A stretch of DNA of 64,000 nucleotides from an uncultured Gemmatimonadales bacterium (GCA_963798845.1 CAWCUS010000001.1:288001-352000), one strand, 5' to 3'; shown: positions 1 through 10,232, counted from the first letter of the stretch. Translations and numbers: made by a program. The notes: a model not told the origin generated them from the sequence alone.

Positions 1-948
1 ACGCCCGTCCTCGATGAAGACCCTGTCCGGCCGGTTCCCGCCGACGATCACCCCGGCGACGAAGATGCCGCGCACGTTGGTCTCCATGGTCGCCGGGTCG
101 TGCGAAGGGACCCCGGTGTCCGGATCGATGGTGACGCCGACCGAGGCCAGGATCGCGGTGTCCGGGCGATAGCCGGTCATGGCGAGAACGAAGTCGTTGG
201 GGAAGGTCTCGGGCTCGTCGGTGCAGGTGTTCCGGAGAAGCAGGTCGCGGGGGCGGATCTCTTCCACTCGGGTGTTCCACCGCACGCCGATCTCACCTTT
301 TCCCAGGCGGTTGGTGATGTCCGGCAGGATCCACGGCTTCACGCCCGGGTCGAGCCGGTCGAGGAAGTGAATCAGGCTCACGCGCGCGCCCGCGCGCCAG
401 CACTCGAGGGCGGCTTCGACGGCGGAGTTCCCGGCGCCGATGACGGCGACGTCCTGGTCATAGAAGGGGTGCGCCTCCGTGAAGTAGTGGTACACTTTCG
501 GAAGGTCCTCGCCCGGCACGCCCATGTAGTTCGGCTGCCCGGCATAGCCGGTGGCGATGACCACGTTGCGGGCGAGGTGACCGTGCTCCTCGCCCGCAAT
601 GGTGCGTGTGCGGAGGAGGAAGGCGTCCCGCTCTCCGGTGAGGGAGCGAACATCCTCGTACTGGCGCACGTCGAGCTCGTACTCGATAGCGACGCGGCGG
701 TAGTACTTGAGGGCGTCGGCCCGGGTCGGCTTGTCACCGGGCGTGATGAACGGCACGTCCCCGAGCTCGAGCCGCTCGGCCGTGCTGAAGAAGGTCGCCT
801 GCGTGGGATAGAGGGTGATGGAGCGGGTCAGGCACCCCTTGTCGAACACGGCGCAGCGGAGCCCCGCCTGGGCGGCGGCAACGGCAGCGCTCAGGCCCGT
901 GGGCCCGGCGCCGATCACGGCGAGATCCAGAGGTTCGTTATCGGTCAT
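1..948 (-). CDS. ypdA: YpdA-family (putative bacillithiol disulfide) FAD/NADPH reductase, 3' end cut by the window edge
   Basis: Hand-translated (not in ORF track): MTDNEPLDLAVIGAGPTGLSAA...FDKGCLTRSITLYPTQATFFSTAERLEL...KPTRADALKYYR; C-terminal TMETNVRGIFVAGVIVGG...VFIEDGR. Confidence 0.85.
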   Translation of the reverse strand, partial: MTDNEPLDLAVIGAGPTGLSAAVAAAQAGLRCAVFDKGCLTRSITLYPTQATFFSTAERLELGDVPFITPGDKPTRADALKYYRRVAIEYELDVRQYEDVRSLTGERDAFLLRTRTIAGEEHGHLARNVVIATGYAGQPNYMGVPGEDLPKVYHYFTEAHPFYDQDVAVIGAGNSAVEAALECWRAGARVSLIHFLDRLDPGVKPWILPDITNRLGKGEIGVRWNTRVEEIRPRDLLLRNTCTDEPETFPNDFVLAMTGYRPDTAILASVGVTIDPDTGVPSHDPATMETNVRGIFVAGVIVGGNRPDRVFIEDGR

Positions 949-3409
949 TCCCCTGTGGGGGTCTCAGTGTCATTCGTTCGACGGCAGATCGCTCCGCGGC
1001 CTCGCGCCCGAGCGGCATCGGGAGCAGCCCGCCGCTTCGCCAGAGATCCACCTGGTCGCGGTAGTGGCGATCGAACGGGACGCCTCCCTGCCCTGTGCCG
1101 ATCACGAACCCTCCTCCGCCGCCGAGGTTCCCCAGCTCCGCGACCTCCCGCTCGCTGGGGCCGGCCGTTGTGGTGAACGGAAAGCTGGCCGACGGTGAGA
1201 TGTATGCCCAGTGCGCCACGTTCACCGTGTGAGGAGAGCCGTGGTACGGCAGCGGTCCGATGTTGAGATCGAAGAGCGCGTCCAGGATCCGGACACCGCC
1301 GAGGGCATGGGCGTGGACGACTCGATTTCCCTCATTCCACGGCCGGTCCGCCAGGGGCGCGGCCTCCCGCATGGCGGAGGAGGCGAGATCTCGGAAGCGA
1401 GTGGCGCCGGAGTCCGCCCAGGGGAGAGCCCGGCGCTCGAGCACGTCGCCCATGGCGGTGCCGGGGAAGTACGCGGAGGCTCCGTGGTAGAGATCGGCGG
1501 CGACGGCGTGGCGGAGCAGCTCGTGCCACAGGTAGAAGAGGGTGGCGGCGCGGGAGTCGCCGGACGCACGGTGGTCCCAGCCGCGCAGGATGTCGGCCTG
1601 CGCCTGGAGTCCGGCGTCCTCCGCCGCCCGCACGGCGCGGTCGAGGTAGCGTCGGGCGTAGGCGTCGCCCACGTCGAGCTGCATGGCATGGATGTCGGCG
1701 GTGGTGAGGTCGTGGCCGCCGAGAATCATGTCCCGGATTCTCATGGCCCGGAACGGCGACTCCCAGCTGCTGCTGATGAGGTCGCCCACCGGACCGCGCG
1801 TCTGCCGGTTGTTGGCGGTGACGACGTAGCCCCCGGGCGGATCCAGGACGCGAGGGTGGTCCGCGAACGGGAGCGTCCCGCTCCAGTCCCACTCGCCGGT
1901 CCAGCCTGGCACCGGGGCGACCGGCGCGGGCCGGCCGTCGCCGCGAAGGGGCACCGTCCCTCCCATGACGTAGCCTATGTGACCCGCAGTGTCGGCGTAC
2001 ACCAGGTTCTGGTGGGGGTCGTCCATTGCGTCCGCCGCGCGCAGAAAGGAAGACCAGTCCCGGGCCAGGTTCAGTCCGATGACGCCGCGGAACACGGTGC
2101 CGGTGTGGAAGGCGGTCCACTGGACTGCCAGAACCGTGTCCCCGCTGGCGCCCGAGTCCCCCAGCGGGAGGACCGGCCCGTGGCGCGTGCTCCGGAGGCG
2201 GAGCAGGAACGGCTCTTTCCGCCCTTTCACGCGGATGGTGTCCGTACGAAGCTGGAAGGGACGACTTCCGCCCGGCGCCAGGTAGCGGGTCGAGTCGGTC
2301 GGGTCCACGCGCTCCATGAAGAGGTCCACGTCGTCGACGTATGCGTTGGTCATCCCCCAGGCGACGGCAGCATTGTGGCCAATGACCACGAGAGGGGTCC
2401 CGGGAATGCTCACGCCCACGACATCGAGCGCGGAGGAGGAGTCGTCGGGCGGCGGAGCGTGGATCCCGACGAGGTACCAGAGGCTGGGGGCCTGCAGCTC
2501 GAGGTGGGTGTCGTTCGCGAGGATCGGCTTTCCCGACCGCGTCCGCTTCCCGCTCACCGCCCACGCGTTGGACGCCGCGGCGAAGCTGAACCCGTCGAAC
2601 AGCGCGCGGGCGAGGGGCGGTGTGTCCGGGGGTTCGGGCGGCCTCGTCTCGCCGACGACGTGCGGCCCCCGCGCCGCGTGCGGGCGCGCCGGCTCTCCCG
2701 CCGCGGACAGCGGCGCGCCGGGCATGCCCCCGCCCGGCTCCAGGATGGTAGCCCCCCACGAGGGATATGCGGGGAAGAGGTATCGGGCGCGTGCCGGGTC
2801 GAGGCGACGATTGGCCCGTGCCACCGCCACCGCCTCGCCGTAGGAGGCGAGGGTGAGCGACATCATCTTGGCGACGGCGAGCGAATGCGCCGGTGTCCAC
2901 GGCTCGGGCGTGTGGCGGAGGACGAGGAGCTCGGGCGGGAGCGCGCCGCTGCGCGTGCGGAGGGCCGCGTTCACTCCATTGGCGTAGGCCTGGAGCCAGC
3001 GCCTCTCCCGCGGGGAGAGCCCCTTCTCGGCCGCGAGCGCGGCGTTCCAGAGCCCAAGGCGCCGCATGAAGATGTCGGTGTCGAGGAGGTCGGGCCCCAG
3101 GATCTCGGCCAGGCGTCCCTGGATGGCGTGCCGCACCAGGTCCATCTGCCACAGCCGGTCGCGGGCGTGGAGGTACCCCTGGACGAAAAGAGCGTCCTCC
3201 ACGCTGCTGTCCGCCCAGATCTGCGGCAGCGCGTGCGCATCCCACAGGACGGCCACCGGACCCCGGAGCCCCGCCAACGTCCATTCCCCGTCCCGCGCCG
3301 GCGTGGCGGTGTGGAGGTACAGAAGCACCGCGACCACCGCCGCCGCGACCAGCACGAGCAGTCCAGCCGAGAGGCGTAGAGCCAGTGCGCCACCGCGGCT
3401 GCGTCTCAC
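938..3409 (-). CDS. Penicillin acylase family (Ntn-hydrolase) protein with N-terminal membrane anchor
   Basis: QGYLHARDRLWQMD, catalytic beta-chain start SNAWAV, LANDTHL, NLVYAD, YVVTANN. Confidence 0.92.
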   Translation of the reverse strand: MRRSRGGALALRLSAGLLVLVAAAVVAVLLYLHTATPARDGEWTLAGLRGPVAVLWDAHALPQIWADSSVEDALFVQGYLHARDRLWQMDLVRHAIQGRLAEILGPDLLDTDIFMRRLGLWNAALAAEKGLSPRERRWLQAYANGVNAALRTRSGALPPELLVLRHTPEPWTPAHSLAVAKMMSLTLASYGEAVAVARANRRLDPARARYLFPAYPSWGATILEPGGGMPGAPLSAAGEPARPHAARGPHVVGETRPPEPPDTPPLARALFDGFSFAAASNAWAVSGKRTRSGKPILANDTHLELQAPSLWYLVGIHAPPPDDSSSALDVVGVSIPGTPLVVIGHNAAVAWGMTNAYVDDVDLFMERVDPTDSTRYLAPGGSRPFQLRTDTIRVKGRKEPFLLRLRSTRHGPVLPLGDSGASGDTVLAVQWTAFHTGTVFRGVIGLNLARDWSSFLRAADAMDDPHQNLVYADTAGHIGYVMGGTVPLRGDGRPAPVAPVPGWTGEWDWSGTLPFADHPRVLDPPGGYVVTANNRQTRGPVGDLISSSWESPFRAMRIRDMILGGHDLTTADIHAMQLDVGDAYARRYLDRAVRAAEDAGLQAQADILRGWDHRASGDSRAATLFYLWHELLRHAVAADLYHGASAYFPGTAMGDVLERRALPWADSGATRFRDLASSAMREAAPLADRPWNEGNRVVHAHALGGVRILDALFDLNIGPLPYHGSPHTVNVAHWAYISPSASFPFTTTAGPSEREVAELGNLGGGGGFVIGTGQGGVPFDRHYRDQVDLWRSGGLLPMPLGREAAERSAVERMTLRPPQGNDR

Positions 3410-4569
3410 GAAGCCTCCAGCGCCGCCGCGAGCTCCTCCATGAGGTCCGCCAGATCCTCCACCCCGACCGAGAGGCGGATGAAGCCGTCGGCGATCCCGG
3501 CGCCTCGACGCTCCTCAACGCTCATGGCCGCGTGCGAAGTGTAGCGTGGCATGGAGGCCAGCGATTCGACGCCGCCGAGACTCGGGGCGACCGAGATGAG
3601 CCGGAACCGCTCCATGACCGCGCGGGCAGCGGCATCGCCGCCACGGACGACCAGGCCGAGCATCCCGCCGTATCCGTGGAAGAGCTCGGCGGCGATGGCG
3701 TGATCCGGGTGACCTGGAAGGCCGGGATAGTGGACCGCGTCGATGGCCGGGTGGCCCGCAAGCCAGGTAGCCAGCTCGAAGGCCGTGGCGTTCTGGCGTT
3801 CCACCCGCACTGCCAGGGTCTTGAGGCCGCGATCGAGGAGCCAGAGCCCGTGCGGATCGAGGCTCGGGCCGAACGATTTGAGCCGCGTCCGCACCTGCTC
3901 GACGTGCTCCGCCGACCCCGCCACCACCCCCGCCACCACGTCCGAGTGCCCCCCCATGTACTTGGTAGCGCTGTGGATCACGAGGTCGGCGCCATGCGCC
4001 ACGGGGCGGAAGTTCACCGGCGTGGCGAACGTCGCGTCCACGACCAGCGGGATACCCTTCGCCCTCGCCACCCGGGCCACCGGCCGCAGGTCCGGCACAC
4101 GCATCGTGGGGTTGACCGGGACCTCCATGTACAGCAGGCGCGTCTCGGGAGTGCAGGCGGCCTCCCAGTCTCCACCGGGGTCCACGAACGAGGTCCGGAT
4201 GGCGAGGCGCGGCAGCTCGTGGCGCAGGAGGGTGAGCGTCCCGCCGTAGAGCGAGTCGGCGGCCACCAGGTGGTCGCCGGCGCCCGCGAAGGCGAGGATG
4301 GTCAGGGAGATCGCGGCCATGCCGCTCCCCAGCACGAGCGCCGCCTCCGCCCCGTCCAGCGCGGCCAGCTTCTGCCCCAGGCGGGCGTAGCTGTCCGAGT
4401 TGGCGTAGCGCCCGTAGAGCACCTCGCCGACGGGGTCCGGGGCGTTGAAGAAGGTCGTGCTGGCGACCAGCGGGGCCACCACGGGCTGCCCGGGTACCGG
4501 GGCCGGCGAGCCGGCATGGACCGCCAGTGTCGATGGCCCCGGGCGATGGCTGCTGCGGCTGTGGTTCAT
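3406..4569 (-). CDS. PLP-dependent Cys/Met metabolism enzyme (cystathionine gamma-synthase/lyase or methionine gamma-lyase family)
   Basis: SGMAAI, YGGT, VVDATFATP, IHSATKYMGGHSD (PLP Lys), SLGGVESL, IRLSVGVED; start uncertain (4569-4632). Confidence 0.9.
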   Translation of the reverse strand: MNHSRSSHRPGPSTLAVHAGSPAPVPGQPVVAPLVASTTFFNAPDPVGEVLYGRYANSDSYARLGQKLAALDGAEAALVLGSGMAAISLTILAFAGAGDHLVAADSLYGGTLTLLRHELPRLAIRTSFVDPGGDWEAACTPETRLLYMEVPVNPTMRVPDLRPVARVARAKGIPLVVDATFATPVNFRPVAHGADLVIHSATKYMGGHSDVVAGVVAGSAEHVEQVRTRLKSFGPSLDPHGLWLLDRGLKTLAVRVERQNATAFELATWLAGHPAIDAVHYPGLPGHPDHAIAAELFHGYGGMLGLVVRGGDAAARAVMERFRLISVAPSLGGVESLASMPRYTSHAAMSVEERRGAGIADGFIRLSVGVEDLADLMEELAAALEAS

Positions 4570-4753
4570 GGCCGGCCTGGGGGTCCGTGGGCCCGAATCC
4601 ATGGGAGCAGGCGCCAGGCGGGGCGCACGCACGCCACGGTGGCGGAAGCCGGAAAGCTAGGGGCGGCGCGGGGTGTCGGCAACGCGGCCCCGGCGGCACC
4701 CTTCCTGCACTGCAGCGGGGTGCACGAAGCACGCAGGCGAGGGACGAATACGA

Positions 4754-6181
4754 GTGACCGCGGGCAGAAAGCAGGAGGAGCGACGGCAGACGACGGAGGT
4801 CGCGAGACGGAACCCGGATCGGATCCTCGTCATTAGCGATCTACACATCGGGGCGGGCCACCAGCCGGACGGGCACGTGGACCGCCTCGAGCATTTCCAC
4901 GAGGATCGCAAGCTCGAGCGCATCCTCGACCGGCTGCAGCGGCGAGACGAGCGACGGGGCAGGCGGACGGAGCTCGTGCTGAACGGGGACGTGTTCGACT
5001 TCGTTCGCGTGGTGCGCCTTCCCGGCTCCCGCGCCGAGGTGGCCGAGTGGCGCGCCCTCCTGCGAGAGGCGGGGGTGGACGCGCCCGAAGCGGACCTGGA
5101 AGCGGCGGAGGCAGGGCGGTTCTCGCGGTTTCAGAGGCGCTACGGCTACGACTGTTCCGAGCACGCCTCCGTGTGGAAGCTGTGGCTCATGGCCCGCGGG
5201 CATCCGCGCGTCATGGAAGCGCTGGCCCGCTGGTGCGCCGCCGGTCATGGCCTCGTGGTCGTGCGAGGCAATCACGACAGTGAATGGGCGTGGGCGGGAG
5301 TCCGGCGCGCGTTCGCGGTGCTTCTCCGGGCCGCGGGGGCCCGCGCTCTCTCTCCCGGTCAGCTCCGGTTCCGGCTGCACGCCTATCGCCGCGCGAACCT
5401 GTGGATCGAGCACGGCCATGGCATGCGATGGTCCACCCGGACGGCGGCCGTGTTCACGCCGGGGCGTCGGCCGCGGCTGATGATCCCCGTGGGATCCCTC
5501 ATCAACCGCTACGTGCTGAACCCGCTGGAGCGCCTCCTCGAGCGGACGCCGGGGCTTCCTTCCTCACTCCACCTGAAGCGGCTGGCGGCGAGCCAGCGGT
5601 GGCGCCTCTGGCGGGGGATCATGACGAACGCCGTGCGAGCGCTCCCGGCATTCATCGCCGCCAGCCGCCACGCCTGGTACCAACGTGCTCGCGACTGGAT
5701 GCCCGCCCGCATCGGCGGTCTCATCGCGGCCGGCGTCCTGGTCCTTCCGCTGGTGTCGGACCGCCTCGCCGGCACGCTCGCTCTCCACTCGGGCTTCGCC
5801 CGCGCCGGCGCCGCCGCGGTGGCCATCGCCGGCCCCCAGATGGGGCTGGCGCTGTTGGAGATCGCCGCGGCCGTGCGCGACGGCACCCGGGTCCAGGCCC
5901 GCCATTACGCGCTCGAGCGGGCGGCGGCGAGGAGCCGACGGTGCGGAAGGGTGCGACCACTCGTGGTGCTCGGCCACACCCACGCCCCGGACCTCCAGTC
6001 GTGGGCGGGAGACGGGGGGGATGTGGTCTACGCGAATCCCGGGTGCTGGATGGAAGACCCGGACGGGAAGGCTGCCGCCCGATTCGTGTGGTGCGCCTTT
6101 CGCCGCGGGCGCTACGGGAACGTGAGAGTCTTCGAGATCGAGGGAGAGGACAGTCGATGCCGCACACATTCCAGGATCTGA
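4754..6181 (+). CDS. Calcineurin-like metallophosphoesterase with internal hydrophobic segment
   Basis: ISDLHIG, LNGDVFD, GNHD, EHGH, LGHTH, YANPG motifs; GTG start chosen. Confidence 0.8.
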   Translation: MTAGRKQEERRQTTEVARRNPDRILVISDLHIGAGHQPDGHVDRLEHFHEDRKLERILDRLQRRDERRGRRTELVLNGDVFDFVRVVRLPGSRAEVAEWRALLREAGVDAPEADLEAAEAGRFSRFQRRYGYDCSEHASVWKLWLMARGHPRVMEALARWCAAGHGLVVVRGNHDSEWAWAGVRRAFAVLLRAAGARALSPGQLRFRLHAYRRANLWIEHGHGMRWSTRTAAVFTPGRRPRLMIPVGSLINRYVLNPLERLLERTPGLPSSLHLKRLAASQRWRLWRGIMTNAVRALPAFIAASRHAWYQRARDWMPARIGGLIAAGVLVLPLVSDRLAGTLALHSGFARAGAAAVAIAGPQMGLALLEIAAAVRDGTRVQARHYALERAAARSRRCGRVRPLVVLGHTHAPDLQSWAGDGGDVVYANPGCWMEDPDGKAAARFVWCAFRRGRYGNVRVFEIEGEDSRCRTHSRI

Positions 6182-6747
6182 CGGCGGGCCGCGGCCCGGC
6201 ACTTCACCGGCTGTGGCGCGAGGGCACTGCACCCGAGCCGGAGGACCTGGACGGGTGGGTCTTCCGCGGGCGCAACACGGCGCTCCTCGCCCGCCTGGGG
6301 GGAAACGGTCCGTTCGCCAAGGGGTTCCTGCGCACTGAGCGCGGCCATGAGGGATGCAACTTCCCGGTCCGGGTCCGGCAGGCCGGGTGGTCGGTGGACA
6401 CGGCTCGCCCCTTCGGCTTCTTCCACGTGAAGGCAGTGCCTGGCGCAGCCGATGGCGCCCCGCGCTCGGCGCTGCTGCTGGACTACGGCCACGGCCGCCC
6501 GGAAGCGCTGCGGACGGGGGGGCCAGGCGTCGCGCTGCGCGTGGTGGAATGGATGGCCCGGCCTCTTCGGGACTTGCTCGTGCGCCCCCCGGATGCGGCG
6601 GTCGGGGTCTACCTGGGGCGAGCGTTCTACGGGGCCCGCCTGCGCCTGCACGTCTCGTACTTCGTTCTGGAGCGGTGGCGGGCGATGGAGGGAGACGATC
6701 AGGCGAACATCGTGGCGGCGGCCGGCGTCGCCAGGAGGACGACATGA
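6157..6747 (+). CDS. Hypothetical protein
   Basis: MPHTFQDLTAG...GWVFRGRN...FAKGF...LLLDYG...LRDLLV...YLGRAF...YFVLER; overlaps both neighbours (ATGA junction with next gene). Confidence 0.7.
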   Translation: MPHTFQDLTAGRGPALHRLWREGTAPEPEDLDGWVFRGRNTALLARLGGNGPFAKGFLRTERGHEGCNFPVRVRQAGWSVDTARPFGFFHVKAVPGAADGAPRSALLLDYGHGRPEALRTGGPGVALRVVEWMARPLRDLLVRPPDAAVGVYLGRAFYGARLRLHVSYFVLERWRAMEGDDQANIVAAAGVARRTT

Positions 6748-7874
6748 GACAGGCAGTGGTGACCGGCGCGGGCGGGTTCATCGGCAGAGCGATCACGTCG
6801 CGGCTGCTGCGTGAAGGCTGGGCCGTGACGGCCGTGGACCTCCCCGGACGTCATGCGGCGGTGCCCCATGCGGCGCGCCGTGTGGAAGCCGACATCCGGA
6901 ACGTCGAAGCGCTCCGGCGGGCGTTTCGCGACGCCGACGCCGTCTTTCACACCGCGGCGATATTCGACCTCCTGGCGCCCTGGGACGCTCTGGAGGAGGT
7001 GAACGTGGAAGGCGTGCGCCGCGTGTGTGACGCGGCCCGGGCGGCCGGCGTCCGTCGAGTGGTGTGCTGGGGGAGCAGCAGCGTGTACGGCGTCGCCGAG
7101 GACCCCGTTTCGTTCACGGAGGATCGGCCGATCGCGATGGACGGACTCAACGCGTACGCGCGCAGCAAGCACCTCGGCGAGCTCGTCGCGCTCCAGAGCG
7201 CCGCGGAAGACGGCCCCGAAGTGGTCGTGGTCCGGCCGGCCGACGTGTACGGGCCGGGGGCCGTTCAGGGGCTGGGGCAGGCGCTCTGGGCGTTCAAGGT
7301 CGGCCTGATGAGCGCCGTGCCCGGGCCGGGCACGTCCGTTCACTCGCACGTGCACGTCGACGATGTGGCCGGCGCGGCAGTGCACCTGGCGCGTCAGGGC
7401 CGGAGCGGCGCCATCTACAACATCGCCGATCGACGGCCCATGGCCGTGGCCGATCTCTACGCGCTGGCGCGCGGCATGCTCGGCGCGGTCTCGGTCCGCG
7501 ACGGCCGCGTGAGCCTGCCGTCGCGGCCACGCTGGCGCGGCCGTCCCGTCTTCCACGTCCCCGGCCCCGTGCTCCGGGCCTTCGCGAAGGCGGAGGTGTT
7601 GCGGACCCGGAAGGGGTGGCTCACTGGCAGGCTCGGGCCACGGCCTCTCGCCTCCCCGGAAGGCGTGGACCTCCTGTTGGGCCACCATGTCGTGGCGCCG
7701 GACCGGCTCCTCGCCACCGGCTACGAGCTCGAGTGGCCCGACGTGCGGGACGGCGTCAGAGCGCTGGTGGACAGCTACCGCGCGACCGACTGGGCTGCCT
7801 TCCACGAGGCGCCGCCGCGGGTCGAGGCAACAGAAAACGACCGGGCCGGCGCCATTCCGGCCGAGGCCGCATAG
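6744..7874 (+). CDS. NAD-dependent epimerase/dehydratase (extended SDR)
   Basis: VTGAGGFIG, FHTAA, SSSVYG, YARSK, RPADVYGPG, VHVDDVA. Confidence 0.9.
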   Translation: MRQAVVTGAGGFIGRAITSRLLREGWAVTAVDLPGRHAAVPHAARRVEADIRNVEALRRAFRDADAVFHTAAIFDLLAPWDALEEVNVEGVRRVCDAARAAGVRRVVCWGSSSVYGVAEDPVSFTEDRPIAMDGLNAYARSKHLGELVALQSAAEDGPEVVVVRPADVYGPGAVQGLGQALWAFKVGLMSAVPGPGTSVHSHVHVDDVAGAAVHLARQGRSGAIYNIADRRPMAVADLYALARGMLGAVSVRDGRVSLPSRPRWRGRPVFHVPGPVLRAFAKAEVLRTRKGWLTGRLGPRPLASPEGVDLLLGHHVVAPDRLLATGYELEWPDVRDGVRALVDSYRATDWAAFHEAPPRVEATENDRAGAIPAEAA

Positions 7875-7942
7875 GGTCATGCCGGACGAGCCGGGGGCGC
7901 GATATGCATCGATGCAGAGGGATTCCCCCGGACACGAGTACC

Positions 7943-7971
7943 TTGACGCCGGCCCCCCGGCGACACATCCT
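7943..7971 (+). promoter_or_regulatory. Putative sigma70 promoter for the gene at 8005
   Basis: TTGACG-N17-CATCCT. Confidence 0.5.
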
Positions 7972-8004
7972 GCGCATGGCTCTCCCCGCCGACCGTATCA
8001 CCCG

Positions 8005-8721
8005 ATGACGCATATCAGCACCAAGGCGATGGCCGAAGCCGTGCTCCGCGAGCTCCCTAGCGTGCTCGGGGCGTACGTCAACGAAGACATGGAGGGGCGG
8101 CCGCGGGAGGTCCACCTGCTGGTCCGGCACGGCCCCGACGCCGCGCGTCTCGCGCGGGACGTCCACGACCTCCTCGAAGAGCGGCTAGGCGTGCCCATCG
8201 ACCGGCGCGTGATCAGCATCGCGCAGCTCGCCCGGGACCCCGACTGGCCGGAGCCGGAGCCCGAAGACACGCTCGCAGCGGTCGACTCGCCGCCCCGCGC
8301 CATGTCCACGGTCCCGGAGGCCAGGCCCGTGTTCGTCGGCCTCGAGTCCTCCGTCTCCGCCAGTCACGTGACCGTGAGGGTGCGGCTGGAGTGGAAGGGC
8401 GACGTCGCCAGCGGGAGCGCCGAGTCCGCCGACACACCGCAGGGGCGCGCGCGCGCCGCCGCCGCGGCCACGCTCCGCGCCGCAGCCGGCGCCGCGGGCG
8501 GCGGGGACCTGAACCTCGAGCTCGACTTCGCGTCCATCGTGCAGGCGCTGGACGGAGACTATGTGCTGGTGAGCGTGCTCGGGATGTCGCGTCGGATCGG
8601 CCGTCGGCCGCTCCCGCTGGTCGGGGCTCAGCCGATCGAGAGCGACGTGGAGTCTGCGGCCGCACTGGCCTCGCTCAAGGCGATCAACAGGACGCTGACG
8701 CTGGCCCTCCAGGCCAGCTGA
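8005..8721 (+). CDS. Conserved hypothetical protein, paralog of 36894..37520, with LeuA-regulatory-like C-terminal domain
   Basis: VTVRVRLEW...SGSAE...LVGA...AAALASLKAINRTL. Confidence 0.75.
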   Translation: MTHISTKAMAEAVLRELPSVLGAYVNEDMEGRPREVHLLVRHGPDAARLARDVHDLLEERLGVPIDRRVISIAQLARDPDWPEPEPEDTLAAVDSPPRAMSTVPEARPVFVGLESSVSASHVTVRVRLEWKGDVASGSAESADTPQGRARAAAAATLRAAAGAAGGGDLNLELDFASIVQALDGDYVLVSVLGMSRRIGRRPLPLVGAQPIESDVESAAALASLKAINRTLTLALQAS

Positions 8722-9312
8722 TCAGCCGGCGGAAAGAAGTGGGCTCAGGGCGAAGTACGTCCTGGGAATGTCCAGACGGGCTACCACGCGGCGGCGAGCG
8801 AGCGACTCCAGCGCCGCCTCCGTTTCTGTTTCCATCGCCTCCAGCGCTTCCGCCACTTCCGCCGGTCCGCCCCGTGCCATCCCCTCCAGCGCCAGCCACG
8901 CCGCTCGCTCGGCATCCGGGACCTCGCCCAGGAGCGTGAGCTCACCGCTGCCGAGCTCGGCCGCGATGGCAAGGCCCTGACGGCCGAGCACCGACTCGAT
9001 GGTCTCCCGGTGGCGGTCGTCGACGCCCCGTACCAGGAAATACGCTTCTGAGGGCCGGTCCTCGCGCTGGAATCGGAGGATCAGCTTGGCCACGGTCTCG
9101 TCCGCGCAGCTGTAGTCGAGCACCACCACTTCGCTGAAGTCGAGGACGGTGAGGCAGAGCGCGCCCAGCTCGGCGATCTGCGCCTCGATCCCGAGCCGCA
9201 GCGCCTGTCCGGTGGGGCGGGTCACCAGGTGCGAATAGAGAGTGGCGACCGATTTCCGAACCAGCGCGGAAAGGTCGAAACGCAGCGGGACGACGTCGCC
9301 GAGCTCGCTCAC
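8722..9312 (-). CDS. STAS-like domain plus C-terminal winged-helix protein
   Basis: LVTRPTGQALR...LDFSEVVVLDYSCADETVAKL; C-terminal AEVAEAL...EAALESLARRRVV; GTGA overlap with upstream gene. Confidence 0.7.
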   Translation of the reverse strand: MSELGDVVPLRFDLSALVRKSVATLYSHLVTRPTGQALRLGIEAQIAELGALCLTVLDFSEVVVLDYSCADETVAKLILRFQREDRPSEAYFLVRGVDDRHRETIESVLGRQGLAIAAELGSGELTLLGEVPDAERAAWLALEGMARGGPAEVAEALEAMETETEAALESLARRRVVARLDIPRTYFALSPLLSAG

Positions 9313-10232
9313 CGGCCACCTCCCGCCTGCGCCGCCGGGGACGCACCTTCGACGACGCGCGACGGCAGGACGATGCTGATCTGCGCGCCGGGGAAAGGGG
9401 CGAGGTCGCTCTCGAGAGGAGGCGAGTCGTCCCACGCCGGGACGTCCGCGATGCGGGCCGTCCCGCTCCGGATCGAGATCCGGCCGTTCCACCGACCCAC
9501 CTGCTTCCGGATCTGCTGCAGCCCCTGCCCGCGTCCGGGGTCGTGGAACCGGGTGAGGCCGTGGATGAATGCCGCTTCCAGGGCGGACGCGTCGCTCCAG
9601 CGCTCGCCATAGCGGGCAGCGTGCTCGCTGGCGAGAGAGCCGTAGAAGCCCACGCCCAGGTCCATCACGGCGATGGCCACGACCTTCCTGCCGAGACGCC
9701 TGGCCCAGTTGTAGGTCTGGGTGGCGACCCAGCCTCCCGCCTCGGCGTGGTCGATGATGTTCTGGCAGACCTCGCTCAGCATGACGCTGAACTGGAACGC
9801 CTCCTTGAGCGGGTAGTTCAGCTGTCGGGTCAGGATGGCCAGGGCGCGCTCGTTCACCTGGTCCACGATCTGGTGTACGTCCATGTGGGACTGCACCGGC
9901 GTGATCTCCAGGAGCACGTCGGAGCTCCCGCCTCCCTGGCGCCGACCGGGGCCGTGCATCTCGTACACCCCTTCGGCGTGCCGGAAAAAGCCCATGCGCC
10001 CGAGATAGCTGACGACGTCGCTCGAATCCGGCATCTGGAGCTTCGGCCGCTCGCCCCCGCGCCCGGCCACCTCGCCGAGGGCGAGGAGCCCCAGCATCCC
10101 GTACGGGTCGACCCAGCGCAGGCGACGCGCGTCCACCAGCACGTGCGCGCCCGCTTCCACGCCCCTGAGCTCCTCCACCACCCCGTCGAACGAGCGTTCC
10201 TCGAGGTTGGCGGGCACGGTGATGACGTTCAC
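9309..10232 (-). CDS. STAS-like plus GHKL/HATPase_c ATP-binding protein (anti-sigma-type Ser kinase-like)
   Basis: LVDARRLRWVDPYG (STAS-like), SEVCQNIIDHA (N box), DLGVG (G1), GRGQGL (G2); GTGA overlap with upstream gene. Confidence 0.8.
   Translation of the reverse strand: MNVITVPANLEERSFDGVVEELRGVEAGAHVLVDARRLRWVDPYGMLGLLALGEVAGRGGERPKLQMPDSSDVVSYLGRMGFFRHAEGVYEMHGPGRRQGGGSSDVLLEITPVQSHMDVHQIVDQVNERALAILTRQLNYPLKEAFQFSVMLSEVCQNIIDHAEAGGWVATQTYNWARRLGRKVVAIAVMDLGVGFYGSLASEHAARYGERWSDASALEAAFIHGLTRFHDPGRGQGLQQIRKQVGRWNGRISIRSGTARIADVPAWDDSPPLESDLAPFPGAQISIVLPSRVVEGASPAAQAGGGR

Noticed and set aside
3406..4569. PLP enzyme as ergothioneine C-S lyase EgtE
   Set aside because: Motifs belong to the Cys/Met metabolism family, not class V aminotransferases, and it is over 40 kb from egtD
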